Positions 1 through 14,240 of a stretch of DNA of 64,000 bases are shown one piece after another. The stretch is taken from positions 17,918,001 through 17,982,000 of the forward strand of contig OZ024742.1 of the NCBI GenBank assembly GCA_964016885.1, read 5' to 3'. The position numbers were made by a program, and so were the translations under genes. Within the stretch, counting starts at the first letter, position 1. The number at the start of each line of letters is the position of its first letter. The notes below the pieces were generated by a model. The model worked only from the letters and a program-made list of their open reading frames with translations, did no database searches and had not been told where the DNA came from. This DNA is from Eledone cirrhosa (lineage: Eukaryota).

Positions 1-11
1 GTGTGTATATG

Positions 12-42
<31 letters not shown>

Positions 43-592
43 CTTTTTTTTCTTTTTTTTTTCTTTTTATTTATTTATTATTATTTTTTTTTATTTTTTT
101 TTATTTCTCGTGCAATGGCCATACTCGATAACGAGGGGGCAGCCATCATATATATATGTATATATGTATGTATATATATATGTATATATATATATGTATA
201 TATGTATGTATATATATATGTATATATATATATGTATATGTATATATATGTATATATATATATATGTATATATATATATGTATATATATGTATATATGTA
301 TATATATGTATATATATGTATATATATATGTGTGTGTGTATATATATATGTATATATATATATGTATATGTGTATGTATATATATATGTATAAGTATGTA
401 TATAAGTATGTATATAAATATATGTATATATGTATATATGTATATATGTATATAAGTATGTATATAAATATATGTATATATATGTATATATATATAAGTA
501 TGTATATAAATATATGTATATATATGTATATATATGTATATATATGTATATATGTGTATACATATGTGTATATATATATGTATATATATATG

Positions 593-627
<35 letters not shown>

Positions 628-650
628 GTATATATATTTATATATATATG

Positions 651-697
<47 letters not shown>

Positions 698-705
698 GTA
701 TAAGT
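1..705. repeat. Degenerate (TA)n/(TATG)n microsatellite, with a short retroposon 3' tail at ~108-147
   Basis: Direct TA/TATG runs. 108-147 (gccatactcgataacgagggggcagcc) matches the 3' stem-loop tail also seen at ~40725-40752 and 21400-21432(-). Confidence 0.95.
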
Positions 706-743
706 ATAATATAAGATCAAAAGATGGTTAAAGGAGTTCCATG

Positions 744-814
744 TATTTTATTATGCGCATTTCAAAAACAAACATCATCATGCAATAATATTTGTGTTTT
801 CATCAGATAAAACA
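744..814 (-). ncRNA. Type I hammerhead ribozyme motif (inverted copy of 1374-1444)
   Basis: Reverse complement of the 1374-1444 motif within the left arm. Confidence 0.75.
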
Positions 815-1373
815 GGAGAACATGATATGAAGGCTAAAAAACACTTGTGGATAGTGCAGTTTTAAATCAACATATGAAAAGTGGTTTTAGATTGATATTG
901 GGAAAAATATTTTATTTAGAGAGTGGGGGGGTGGAAAGGATGAAAAAGGGGAGGAGATGAGAGGGAGAGATGGGTGATAGAGAGAAAGAGATAGTTTTTA
1001 TAACTGAGAGAAGATATATTGTTTTACATAGAGAGGTTGAAAACCGTTGGAAGATAATGTATAAATTAAAAGAATTTGAAAATCTTTCCCTTCGTTAATT
1101 TTCAAATTCTTTTAATTTATACATTATCTTCCAACGGTTTTCAACCTCTCTATGTAAAACAATATATCTTCTCTCAGTTATAAAAACTATCTCTTTCTCC
1201 CTATCACCCATCTCTCTCTCTCATCTCCTCCCCTTTTTCATCCTTTCCACCCCCCCCCTCTCTAAATAAAATATTTTTCCCAATATCACACATCAATCTA
1301 AAACCACTTTTCATATGTTGATTTAAAACTGCACTATCCACAAGTGTTTTTTAGCCTTCATATCATGTTCTCC

Positions 1374-1444
1374 TGTTTTATCTGATGAAAACACAAATAT
1401 TATTGCATGATGATGTTTGTTTTTGAAATGCGCATAATAAAATA
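1374..1444 (+). ncRNA. Type I hammerhead ribozyme motif
   Basis: tgttttat-CTGATGA(1382-1388)-stem II acaaatatta/tgatgtttgt-GAAA(1425-1428)-tgcgca-TA-ataaaata. Confidence 0.8.
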
Positions 1445-1580
1445 CATGGAACTCCTTTAACCATCTTTTGATCTTATATTATGTATACGCCAGTCCTACA
1501 AACTGTAGAGTGCTTCTTATCCGATATCTGCATTGCTTTATTGTACTACAATAAAACTCACCTCCTACATTATGTATAAG

Positions 1581-1632
<52 letters not shown>

Positions 1633-1894
1633 TATGTATATTTATGTATATATATATGTATATATATATATAAGTATATTTAAGTATATATATGTGTATA
1701 GATATATATATGTATATTTATGTATATATATACATATATATATGTATATGTGTATGTATATATATATGTATGTATGTGTATGTATGTATATATGTATGTG
1801 TATGTATATGTATATGTATATGTATATATATGTATGTGTATATATATATGTATATATATGTATATATGTATGTATATGTATGTATATATATATG

Positions 1895-1951
<57 letters not shown>

Positions 1952-2257
1952 ATGTATGTGCATGTATATATATATATATATGTATATATATATGTGTATG
2001 TATATATATATGTATATATATGTATATATATATATATGTGTATGTATATATATGTATATGTATATATGTATATATATGCGTATGTATATATATATATATG
2101 TATATATGTGTATATATGTATATATGTATATATATGTAAATATATATATATGTATATATGTAAATATATATATATATGTATATATATATATATGTATATA
2201 TGTGTATATATGTATATATGTATATATATGTAAATATATATATATGTATATATGTAA

Positions 2258-2303
<46 letters not shown>

Positions 2304-2305
2304 GT

Positions 2306-2378
<73 letters not shown>
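1581..2378. repeat. (TA)n/(TATG)n/(TATATG)n microsatellite
   Basis: Direct simple repeats. Confidence 0.95.
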
Positions 2379-2930
<552 letters not shown>

Positions 2931-3050
2931 TGTAGTGTTTGTACCAGAGTTTTCAGGTCGCTGGCTCGTTCAGCGCATCGGTAGGGGTTCTCCTACATGA
3001 ATATAAAGTAGTGGCCGTACTCGAAAATGAGTTGGCAGCCACCATGTATG
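2931..3050 (+). mobile_element. 3' fragment of the non-coding retroposon seen at 21400-22690
   Basis: Matches tgtagtgtttgtaccagagtttt...gccgtactcgaaaatgagttggcagccacc followed by a (TATG)n tail. Confidence 0.8.
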
Positions 3051-3094
3051 TATGTATGTGTGTATGTATGTATATGTGTATTATGTATGAATGT

Positions 3095-4592
3095 ATGTTC
3101 TTCTGCTTTTATAATTTCACAAAGCTTTACCAATAGAGAGAGAGTCGGTTTCTAACATAGACACAAGACTCTCTCATTGGAATTTAAACAACATCAACTC
3201 GGTAGATATGTATGTATGCATGCATGTGTAGATATGGATGTTATTGCATGTGTGGATGTGTATGTTTTGATTTGTATGTGGGCATGTGTATATGCTTTGC
3301 ATCTCTACATGTGTATATGCAGTTATTAGATGCACAATATTTGGAATGTTTTAAATATTTTTACTGTTCCATTATTGGATTGTACTTGTAATTTCCTAAC
3401 TAGTTGTGTTCTTTCTGTTCCTGTGAAGCCTAGCTTCTCAAGATTTGTATTTAGGCAGTTACTAACATATACCAGTGCCCCAATAATCACAGGCATAAAT
3501 CTGAAGGTGTAATCAGGGTGGAGTATCTGCAGATTTCTCATCAGTTCTGCATAAATATACTCCTTTTCACTAATCTTTGATATTATATTGGCATCTGCTG
3601 GGCAGCTAATTTCCACTACTGTGCATGCTTTCTTCTCCCTGTCCCATAACATAATATTTGGTCTGTTATGCCTGCATTTTATTGGGGTTTTACTGTAACA
3701 TTCCACCAGTACTCTTTTATATTATGTACATGGATGTCTTCCACATTGCTGTAGCTTTTAATGTGTTTGTTATCGGGGCTATCCTTTTTAAGGACTGCAT
3801 TGTACAGTGTTTTGGCCACTACATCATGCTTCATAGGTAGATAGTACCGCGATGACATCTTTGGACAGCTGCTGATGATATGGGTGATATCTTCGATGTT
3901 AGTTCTGCAGAGTCTGCACTTGTTATCACATATAGGTGTTTTGCCTGCATCCCTATCTCTTTTGTGAATCAGGTATTTTGTGTTAATCTCCTTTTCTTGG
4001 ATTGCAAAAGCGTATCCTTCAAAGTGGGAGCCAATATAGCGGTTATTGGTCCAAGATAGACTGCTTTCCTTATCTATATTACTCTCACTCTGGAGCTTCC
4101 TGGCAACATATCCATGCATGATTTTTTGCTAAGTATGCAGTTTTTCATCAATGGATTCACTTAGATACTGCTGAACATCTTGCCTGGGTGTGAGATTTTG
4201 ATTATCACACAGGGAATATCTCTCGAGGAGTTCCTTCCCAACTCTCATGATCTTATCTGTTTCATGCAGATAGACTTGCTCGAGCGACATTCAAATGCTG
4301 TCTGGATTGATGTTAGGCCTCTGCTTCCCTGCTTACGTTTCAAGTAAAGGTGGTCTATGTCACTGTTGATGTGGAATTTTCCGGTGTTGTTTAGTATTTT
4401 TCGAGTTCCAACATCAACTGCTCGGATTTCATCTATCCTCCAATTGAGTATTCCAAACGTTGGTGTTAGGACAGGCACAGCAAACACATTGTGAGCCACT
4501 GTTTTGTTTTGCGCAGAGAGTTCCGATGACCAAAACTTTCTTAATCGGGTGTAGTATTCCCTGGTGACGCGTTCTTTATTACAGATACCATC
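3095..4592 (-). pseudogene. 5'-truncated R4/Dong-like non-LTR retrotransposon (family B): RT C-terminus, CCHC finger, restriction-like endonuclease
   Basis: ORFs 4245-4715, 3679-4119 and 3326-3706: WSSELS, CRLCRTNIEDITHIISSC, KHD, RPNIMLWD...VVEISCP. Frameshifted. The 3' end runs into (TATG)n. Confidence 0.85.
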
Positions 4593-4654
4593 TATGTAAG
4601 TATGTGTGTATGTATGTATGTATGTATGTATGTATGTATGTATGTATGTATGTA

Positions 4655-5490
4655 TGTTTTCTCTTTCTCTTAATTTCGAGTATATTTTTTTGACCGGCCA
4701 CCTTCCTGGTGGCAAGGTTGTAAAAGAAAAGAAATTGTCATCCCTTGAATCGCAAGAAAGTTTTGCAAATTTTGAAGGTGCCAGCTATCGCAGCCATTTG
4801 TAGACTATGAATTAAGGAGCTGCGCTCTTTGTCCGCAAATCCAAGTTCAGTCATACTTTGGTCCAAGCGGGTTGGTATATAACTCGTAACTCCAATAATT
4901 ATGGGTATGAAGCTAAAGGTGTATTCTTGGATACTGTATTTGTAAACTCCTCATCAATTGTCCGTAGATGTCCTCCTTCTCCTGTATTTTTGTATTTTTC
5001 TGACAACGTTTACACAAGTGGGCAGCTGATCTCCACAACAGAACACGTTTTCAATGTGTGGTCCCAAACAACAATATCAGGCTGGTTGTGCTTTAATTTG
5101 GTGGCAGTTTTTATTTTCAGGTTCCACCAGTATTCCTTAGTGCCATCTGTCTCAATATATTTTTCCTTGTTTGTTGTTAATTTTGTTTTCCGAAGTGCGT
5201 TCCAAATGGTTCTAGCTATCCCATCGTGTCTCATGGGGAGGTAGTAGCGAGATGACATTCTTTCGCAGCTGGCAACAATGTGGCTTACATCCTAGATCTT
5301 TGTTTTACATAGCCTACATTTATTGTCAGCTGATGGCCCTCCCCTTTTGTGCATCAGATATTTGGTAGGGAGTTCTTGTTCCTGTATTGCATAGAGATAT
5401 CCCTCAAGGTGTGATGTCATAAACTTGTCGGAACTCCATGCCAGGCTTTTTGAGTGGTTTATCCCCTCTATGGTCTGTGTTTTACGTCTC
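4655..5490 (-). pseudogene. 3' fragment of R4/Dong-like family A (same family as 28333-32128)
   Basis: Near-identical to ~31302-32128 (SSRYYLPMRHDGIART, PDIVVWD, EISCP). The 3' end abuts (CATA)n. Confidence 0.9.
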
Positions 5491-5910
5491 AAGTTAATTT
5501 CCTGTTCTTGGATTGCAAAAGCGTATTCTTCAAAGTGGGAGCCAATACAGCGGTTGTTGGTCCAAGATAGACTACTTTCTTTATCTATATTACTCTCACT
5601 CTTCGTGCAGCTTCCTGGCAAGATAGCCATGCATGATTTTTTGCTGATAAGCATGCAGTTTTTCATTGCTTGATACTTAACCGATCTGACAGAGCCAGAT
5701 AAAACACCTGACTGACTAAAGGGAAAACTACCCTGATCCCCAAACCTCAAAATCCATAACAAACCTGTCTACAATATATAAAGTTCTAACTGCAATAATA
5801 TCGCAGAAACTAACTGAAAAAAAATCAACCTGCTTCCAGAAGAGCAGAAAGGAAGCTGCAAAGGCTCATATGGCTGTAAAGAACAGTTGTTAATAAATAA
5901 AGTTATGTTT
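5490..5910. pseudogene. Further R4/Dong-like fragments (5490-5660 minus, duplicate of ~3985-4150; 5690-5905 plus, RT N-part)
   Basis: ESNIDKESSLSWTNNR repeated. Plus strand gives KGKTTLIPK...LLPEEQKG..KGSYGCKEQLLINK. Confidence 0.7.
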
Positions 5911-6162
5911 TAATTTGTAAAAGGCTACCTGCATTAATACGACCACTAAATTATTGTCGTAAGTATTACTACGATCTCTGATGTGGCCAATAACAATATT
6001 ATTCTAAGGTCTGAAGGGATCCGAAGCAAGATTCAGCTTAGATTGTAAGAAAAGATAAAATAAATAAGTTTTAGCATGAACTATTTCGAGACAGAAAACA
6101 CAGGCAGAAATATATTCTTCACAGAGAAAAGTTCATTATTGGAACAGTATATATGGCATATG

Positions 6163-6360
6163 AAGGCGCGTGGCTGGGTGGTGAGAGAATTGGATTTGCA
6201 ATCGAGATGGGCGTTCGATTCCCGAACCGGGCGATGCGTTATGTCCTTGAGAAAGACACTTTATTTCATGGTTGCTCCTTCTGCCTGGATTTGCGATCGG
6301 TAGATAGTATTAGCATGGAAAGACCAATGGAAATATTGTTTCCTTGGTCCGATTTGACGA
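6163..6360 (+). mobile_element. tRNA-derived SINE with CORE-like domain
   Basis: A/B-box-like head (tggctgggtgg, gttcgattcc) and tgtccttgagaaagacacttt. Inverse copy at 44200-44397. Confidence 0.65.
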
Positions 6361-7009
6361 GCTCCACCCCAGTCGTTAAGCGAATGAGGTCTGGGATCTT
6401 GTTGATCAACTGTTATATACTATAGGACATGCTTTATATGATGAAACTGTTAGAATTATAGTTCAGATTCATTTAGTTATATGCATGCCGTGGCTTTCTA
6501 AATACAAGTAGTCCTTTGACTTCAGTTGACAGGATTTGTGTGGAAAGCTGTAATGTCAAGATGTAATGAAAGCGAAAACGTTATATAGCATTGTTAGAAA
6601 TTCGATATTGTCTGCATTGCGCATTCAATATATATATAGTTTATTGTGTTAACTGCTGTAAAGAAAGGGGTGTGTGATAAAGCCATGAACATGTTTACTT
6701 CACTAACCGGTTCTATTCTCTTCTATCATATGTTGCTGGTTGCAGCCATTAGCTCTCTAACGTCTGCTCTCTTATTTTCTGCTCTAAATAACCTTTTATG
6801 CGATTTTTTTTACTGGTTATTTATGTCATTTCTTTGTTTATACGGTCTTCGGCAACTAAGAATATAGCGTCAATTGTTGAAAGTGGTTGAAACGAATTAA
6901 GTTGTTATTGTTAAATCAGCATTTACAGTTAAATCAGCATTTTTAAATGTTCTATTGTCATAACTGGGCTGTATTTGGCGACGATACGATTACTGTCAAA
7001 CGGAGGACC

Positions 7010-10000
7010 AATTTATAAGAGGCGACTGTCAACTGTTATTAAGAGACTGTCAACTGTTTGTAAGAGACTATAAACTGTTCGTAAGAGATTGTCAACTGTT
7101 AGTAAGACACTGTCAACTCTTAGTAAGAGACTGTCAACTCTTAGTGAGAGACTGTCAACTCTTGGTAAGAGACTGTCAACTCTTAGTAAGAGACTGTCAT
7201 CTGTTAGTAAGAGACTGTCAACTGTTAGTAACAGACTGTCAACTGTTAGTAATAGACTGTCAACTGTTTGTAAGAGACTGTCAACTGTTAGTAAGAGACT
7301 GTCAAATGTTAGTAAGAGACTATCAACTGTTAATAACAGAAAACTGTCAACTGTTAGTAAGAGACTGTCAACTGATTGCAAGAAACTGTCAACTGTTAGT
7401 AAGACACTGTCAACTGTTAGTAAGAGACTTTCAACTGATTGCAAGAGACTGTCAACTGTTAGTAAGACACTGTCAACTGTTAGTAAGAGACTGTCAACAG
7501 TTAGTAAGAAACTGTCAACCGTTAGTAAGAGGCTGTCAACTGTTTGTAAGAGGAGGCTGTCAACTGTTAGTAAGAGATTGTCAACTGTTAGTAATAGGAG
7601 ACTGTTAACTGTTAGTAAGAGATTGTCAAATGTTAGTAAGAGACTGTCAACTGTTAGTAAGAGACTGTCAACTGTTAGTAAGAGATGTCAACTGCTTGTA
7701 AGAGACTGTCAACTGTTAGTAAGAGACTGTCAACTGTTGGTAAGAAACTGTCCACTGTTCGTAAGAGACTGTCAACAGTTTGTAAGAGGAGACTGTCAAC
7801 TGTTATTAAGAGGAGACTGTCAACTGTTAGTAAGACAATGGCAACTGTTTGTAAGAGACTGTCAACTGTTAGTAAGAGAATGTCAACTGTTAGTAAGGGA
7901 TTATAAACTGTTTGTAAGAGACTGTCAACTGTTAGTAAGAGACTGTCAACTGTTAGTAAGAGAAGACTGTCATCTGTTTGTAAGAGGCTGTGATCACTTA
8001 GTAAGAGACTGTCAACTCTTAGTGAGAGACTGTCAACTGTTAGTAAGATACTCTCATCTGTTAGTAAGAGACTGTCAACTGTTAGTAAGAGACTGTCAAC
8101 TGTTTGTAAGAGACTGTCAACTGTTAGTAACAGAAGACTGTCAACTGTTAGTAAGAGACTGTCAACAATTTATAAGAGGCGACTGTCAACTGTTATTAAG
8201 AGACTGTCAACTGTTTGTAAGAGACGGTAAACTGTTCGTAAGAGATTGTCAACTGTTAGTAAGACACTGTCAACTCTTAGTAAGAGACTGTCAACTCTTA
8301 GTGAGAGACTGTCAACTCTTAGTAAGAGACTGTCAACTCTTAGTAAGAGACTGTCATCTGTTAGTAAGAGACTGTCAACTGTTAGTAACAGACTGTCAAC
8401 TGTTAGTAATAGACTGTCAACTGTTTGTAAGAGACTGTCAACTGTTAGTAAGAGACTGTCAAATGTTAGTAAGAGACTATCAACTGTTAATAACAGAAAA
8501 CTGTCAACTGTTAGTAAGAGACTGTCAACTGATTGCAAGAAACTGTCAACTGTTAGTAAGACACTGTCAACTGTTAGTAAGAGACTTTCAACTGATTGCA
8601 AGAGACTGTCAACTGTTAGTAAGACACTGTCAACTGTTAGTAACAGACTGTCAACAGTTAGTAAGAAACTGTCAACCGTTAGTAAGAGGCTGTCAACTGT
8701 TTGTAAGAGGAGGCTGTCAACTGTTAGTAAGAGATTGTCAACTGTTAGTAATAGGAGACTGTTAACTGTTAGTAAGAGATTGTCAAATGTTAGTAAGAGA
8801 CTGTCAACTGTTAGTAAGAGACTGTCAACTGTTAGTAAGAGATGTCAACTGCTTGTAAGAGACTGTCAACTGTTAGTAAGAGACTGTCAACTGTTGGTAA
8901 GAAACTGTCCACTGTTCGTAAGAGACTGTCAACAGTTTGTAAGAGGGGACTGTCAACTGTTATTAAGAGGAGACTGTCAACTGTTAGTAAGACAATGGCA
9001 ACTGTTTGTAAGAGACTGTCAACTGTTAGTAAGAGAATGTCAACTGTTAGTAAGGGATTATAAACTGTTTGTAAGAGACTGTCAACTGTTAGTAAGAGAC
9101 TGTCAACTGTTAGTAAGAGAAGACTGTCATCTGTTTGTAAGAGGCTGTGATCACTTAGTAAGAGACTGTCAACTCTTAGTGAGAGACTGTCAACTGTTAG
9201 TAAGATACTCTCATCTGTTAGTAAGAGACTGTCAACTGTTAGTAAGAGACTGTCAACTGTTTGTAAGAGACTGTCAACTGTTAGTAACAGAAGACTGTCA
9301 ACTGTTAGTAAGAGACTGTCAACAATTTATAAGAGGCGACTGTCAACTGTTATTAAGAGACTGTCAACTGTTTGTAAGAGACGGTAAACTGTTCGTAAGA
9401 GATTGTCAACTGTTAGTAAGACACTGTCAACTCTTAGTAAGAGACTGTCAACTCTTAGTGAGAGACTGTCAACTCTTAGTAAGAGACTGTCAACTCTTAG
9501 TAAGAGACTGTCATCTGTTAGTAAGAGACTGTCAACTGTTAGTAACAGACTGTCAACTGTTAGTAATAGACTGTCAACTGTTTGTAAGAGACTGTCAACT
9601 GTTAGTAAGAGACTGTCAAATGTTAGTAAGAGACTATCAACTGTTAATAACAGAAAACTGTCAACTGTTAGTAAGAGACTGTCAACTGATAGCAAGAAAC
9701 GGTCAACTGTTAGTAAGACACTGTCAACTGTTAGTAAGAGACTTTCAACTGATTGCAAGAGACTGTCAACTGTTAGTAAGACACTGTCAACTGTTAGTAA
9801 GAGACTGTCAACAGTTAGTAAGAAACTGTCAACCGTTAGTAAGAGGCTGTCAACTGTTTGTAAGAGGAGGCTGTCAACTGTTAGTAAGAGATTGTCAACT
9901 GTTAGTAATAGGAGACTGTTAACTGTTAGTAAGAGATTGTCAAATGTTAGTAAGAGACTGTCAACTGTTAGTAAGAGACTGTCAACTGTTAGTAAGAGAT

Positions 10001-13000
10001 GTCAACTGCTTGTAAGAGACTGTCAACTGTTAGTAAGAAACTGTCAACTGTTGGTAAGAAACTGTCCACTGTTCGTAAGAGACTGTCAACAGTTTGTAAG
10101 AGGAGACTGTCAACTGTTATTAAGAGGAGACTGTCAACTGTTAGTAAGACAATGGCAACTGTTTGTAAGAGACTGTCAACTGTTAGTAAGAGAATGTCAA
10201 CTGTTAGTAAGGGATTATAAACTGTTTGTAAGAGACTGTCAACTGTTAGTAAGAGACTGTCAACTGTTAGTAAGAGAAGACTGTCATCTGTTTGTAAGAG
10301 GCTGTGATCACTTAGTAAGAGACTGTCAACTCTTAGTGAGAGACTGTCAACTGTTAGTAAGATACTCTCATCTGTTAGTAAGAGACTGTCAACTGTTAGT
10401 AAGAGACTGTCAACTGTTTGTAAGAGACTGTCAACTGTTAGTAACAGAAGACTGTCAACTGTTAGTAAGAGACTGTCAACAATTTATAAGAGGCGACTGT
10501 CAACTGTTATTAAGAGACTGTCAACTGTTTGTAAGAGACGGTAAACTGTTCGTAAGAGATTGTCAACTGTTAGTAAGACACTGTCAACTCTTAGTAAGAG
10601 ACTGTCAACTCTTAGTGAGAGACTGTCAACTCTTAGTAAGAGACTGTCAATTCTTAGTAAGAGACTGTCATCTGTTAGTAAGAGACTGTCAACTGTTAGT
10701 AACAGACTGTCAACTGTTAGTAATAGACTGTCAACTGTTTGTAAGAGACTGTCAACTGTTAGTAAGAGACTGTCAAATGTTAGTAAGAGACTATCAACTG
10801 TTAATAACAGAAAACTGTCAACTGTTTGTAAGAGACTGGCAACTGATTGCAAGAAACTGTCAACTGTTAGTAAGACACTGTCAACTGTTAGTAAGAGACT
10901 TTCAACTGATTGCAAGAAACTGTCAACTGTTAGTAAGACACTGTCAACTGTTAGTAAGAGACTGTCAACAGTTAGTAAGAAACTGTCAACCGTTAGTAAG
11001 AGGCTGTCAACTGTTTGTAAGAGGAGGCTGTCAACTTTTAGTAAGAGATTGTCAACTGTTAGTAATAGGAGACTGTTAACTGTTAGTAAGAGATTGTCAA
11101 ATGTTAGTAAGAGACTGTCAACTGTTGGTAAGAGACTGTCAACTGTTAGTAAGAGACTGTCAACTGCTTGTAAGAGACTGTCAACTGTTAGTAAGAGACT
11201 GTCAACTGTTAGTAAGAGACTGTCAACTGTTAGAAAGAGACTATCAACTGCTTGTAAGAGACTGTCAACTGTTAGTAAGAGACTGTCAACTGTTAGTAAG
11301 AGACTGTCAACTGCTTGTAAGAGACTGTCAACTGTTAGTAAGAGACTGTCAACTGTTAGTAAGAGACTATCAACTGTTAGTACGAGACTATCAACTGCTT
11401 GTAAGAGACTGTCAACTGTTAGTAAGAGACTGTCAACTGTTAGTAAGACACTGTCAATTCTTAGTAAGAGACTGTCATCTATTAGTAAGAGAGTCTCATC
11501 TGTTTGTAAGAGACTGTCAAATGTTAGTAAGTGACTATCAACTGTTTGTAACAGAAAACTGTCAGCTGTTAGTAAGAGGCTGTCAACTGATTGCAAGAGA
11601 CTGTCAACTGTTTGTAAGACACTGTCAACTGTTAGTAAGAGACTGTCAACTGATTGCCAGAGACTGTCAACTGTTAGTAAGACACTGTCAACTGTTAGAA
11701 AGAGACTGTCAACTGTTAGTAAGACACTGTCAACTCTTAGTAAGAGACTTTCAACTCTTAGTAAGAGACTTTTATCTTTTAGTAAGAGAATGTCAACTGT
11801 TAGTGAGAGACTCTCAACTGTTAGTAAGACTCTGTCAACTCTTAGTAAGAGAAGACTGTCAACTGTTAGTAAGAGACTGTCAACTGATAGTAAGAGACAG
11901 TCCACTGTTAGTAAGAGACAGTCAACTGTTAGTAAGAGACTGTCAACTCTTAGTAAGAGACTGTCAACTGTTAGTAAGAGACTGTCAACTGTTAGTAAGT
12001 GACAGTCAACTGTTAGTAAGAGGCTGTCAACTGTTAGTAAGAGACTGTCAACTGTTAGTAAGTGAAAGTCAACTGTTAGTAAGTGACAGTCAACTGTTAG
12101 TAAGAGACTGTCAACTGTTAGTAAGAGACTGTCAACTGTTAGTAAGTGACAGTCAACTGTTAGTAAGACTCTGTCAACTCTTAGTAAGAGAAGACTGTCA
12201 ACTGTTAGTAAGACTCTGTCAACTCTTAGTAAGAGAAGACTGTCAACTGTTAGTAAGAGACAGTCAACTGTTAGTAAGAGACAGTCAACTGTTAGTAAGA
12301 GACTGTCAACTCTTAGTAAGAGACTGTCAAAACTGTTAGTAAGAGACTATCAACTGTTAATAACAGAAAACTGTCAACTGTTAGTAAGAGACTGTCAACT
12401 GATTGCAAGAAACTGTCAACTGTTAGTAAGACACTGTCATCTGTTAGTAAGAGACTTTCAACTGATTGCAAGAGACTGTCAACTGTTAGTAAGACACTGT
12501 CAACTGTTAGTAAGAGACTGTCAACAGTTAGTAAGAAACTGTCAACCGTTAGTAAGAGACTGTCAACTGTTTGTAAGAGGAGGCTGTCAACTGTTAGTAA
12601 GAGATTGTCAACTGTTAGTAATAGGAGACTGTTAACTGTTAGTAAGAGATTGTCAAATGTTAGTAAGAGACTGTCAACTGTTAGTAAGAGACTGTCAACT
12701 GTTAGTAAGAGACTGTCAACTGCTTGTAAGAGACTGTCAACTGTTAGTAAGAGACTGTCAACTGTTAGTAAGAGACTGTCAACTGTTTGTAAGAGACTAT
12801 CAACTGCTTGTAAGAGACTGTCAACTGTTAGTAAGAGACTGTCAACTGTTAGTAAGAGACTGTCAACTGCTTGTAAGAGACTGTCAACTGTTAGTAAGAG
12901 ACTGTTAGTAAGAGACTGTCAACTGTTAGTAAGAGACTATCAACTGTTAGTAAGAGACTATCAACTGCTTGTAAGAGACTGTCAACTGTTAGTAAGAGAC

Positions 13001-14240
13001 TGTCAACTGTTAGTAAGAGACTGTCAACTGCTTGTAAGAGACTGTTAACTGTTAGTAAGAGACTGTCAACTGTTAGTAAGAGACTGTCAACTGTTAGTAA
13101 GAGACTGTCAACTGTTAGTAAGACACTGTCAATTCTTAGTAAGAGACTGTCATCTATTAGTAAGAGAGTCTCATCTGTTTGTAAGAGACTGTCAAATGTT
13201 AGTAAGAGACTATCAACTGTTTGTAACAGAAAACTGTCAACTGTTAGTAAGAGACTGTCAACTGATTGCAAGAGACTGTCAACTGTTTGAAAGACACTGT
13301 CAACTGTTAGTAAGAGACTGTCAACTGATTGCAAGAGACTGTCAACTGTTAGTAAGACACTGTCAACTGTTAGAAAGAGACTGTCAACTGTTAGTAAGAC
13401 ACTGTCAACTCTTAGTAAGAGACTTTCAACTCTTAGTAAGAGACTGTCAACTCTTAGTAAGAGACTTTTATCTTTTAGTAAGAGAATGTCAACTGTTAGT
13501 AAGAGACTCTCAACTGTTAGTAAGATTCTGTCAACTCTTAAGACTGTCAACTGTTAGTAAGAGACTGTCAACTGTTAGTAAGAGACAGTCCACTGTTAGT
13601 AAGACTCTGTCAACTCTTAGTAAGAGAAGACTGTCAACTGTTAGTAAGAGACTGTCAACTCTTAGTAAGAGACTGTCAACTCTTAGTAAGAGACAGTCAA
13701 CTGTTAGTAAGAGACTGTCAACTCTTAGTAAGAGACTGTCAACTGTTAGTAAGAGACTGTCAACTGTTAGTAAGTGACAGTCAACTGTTAGTAAGAGACT
13801 GTCAACTGTTAGTAAGAGACTGTCAACTGTTAGTAAGTGAAAGTCAACTGTTAGTAAGTGACAGTCAACTGTTAGTAAGATACTGTCAACTGTTAGTAAG
13901 AGACTGTCAACTGTTAGTAAGTGACAGTCAACTGTTAGTAAGACTCTGTTAACTCTTAGTAAGAGAAGACTGTCAACTGTTAGTAAGACTCTGTCAACTC
14001 TTAGTAAGAGAAGACTGTCAACTGTTAGTAAGAGACAGTCAACTGTTAGTAAGAGACTGTCAACTCTTAGTAAGAGACTGTCAAAACTGTTAGTAAGATA
14101 CTCTCATCTGTTAGTAAGAGACTGTCAACTGTTAGTAAGAGACTGTCAAATGTTAGTAAGAGACTGTCAACTGTTAGTATGAGACTGTCAACTGTTAGTT
14201 AGACACTGTTAACTCTTAGTTAAAGGAGACTATCATCTGA
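7010..14240. repeat. 21-bp tandem satellite (GAGACTGTCAACTGTTAGTAA)n with a 1157-bp higher-order repeat and a ~1.7-kb duplicated block
   Basis: Unit seen directly. Variant landmarks recur at 7013/8170/9327/10484 (period 1157). A second block recurs at ~11480/13155, ~11770/13465 and ~12326/14080. Confidence 0.97.

Larger units (their letters stand above)
706..1580 (+). mobile_element. Penelope-like pLTR-derived non-coding element with ~380-bp inverted 5' arm, between (TA)n tracts
   Basis: 706-1083 is the reverse complement of 1098-1482 with a 14-bp spacer. The right arm continues to ~1580 into (TA)n. Each arm carries an HHR motif. Confidence 0.75.

Noticed and set aside
7013-13777. 558-aa and other heptad-repeat ORFs as real genes
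   Set aside because: Open in several frames and on both strands because of the 21-bp unit; frameshifted in every higher-order repeat; no non-repetitive domain.
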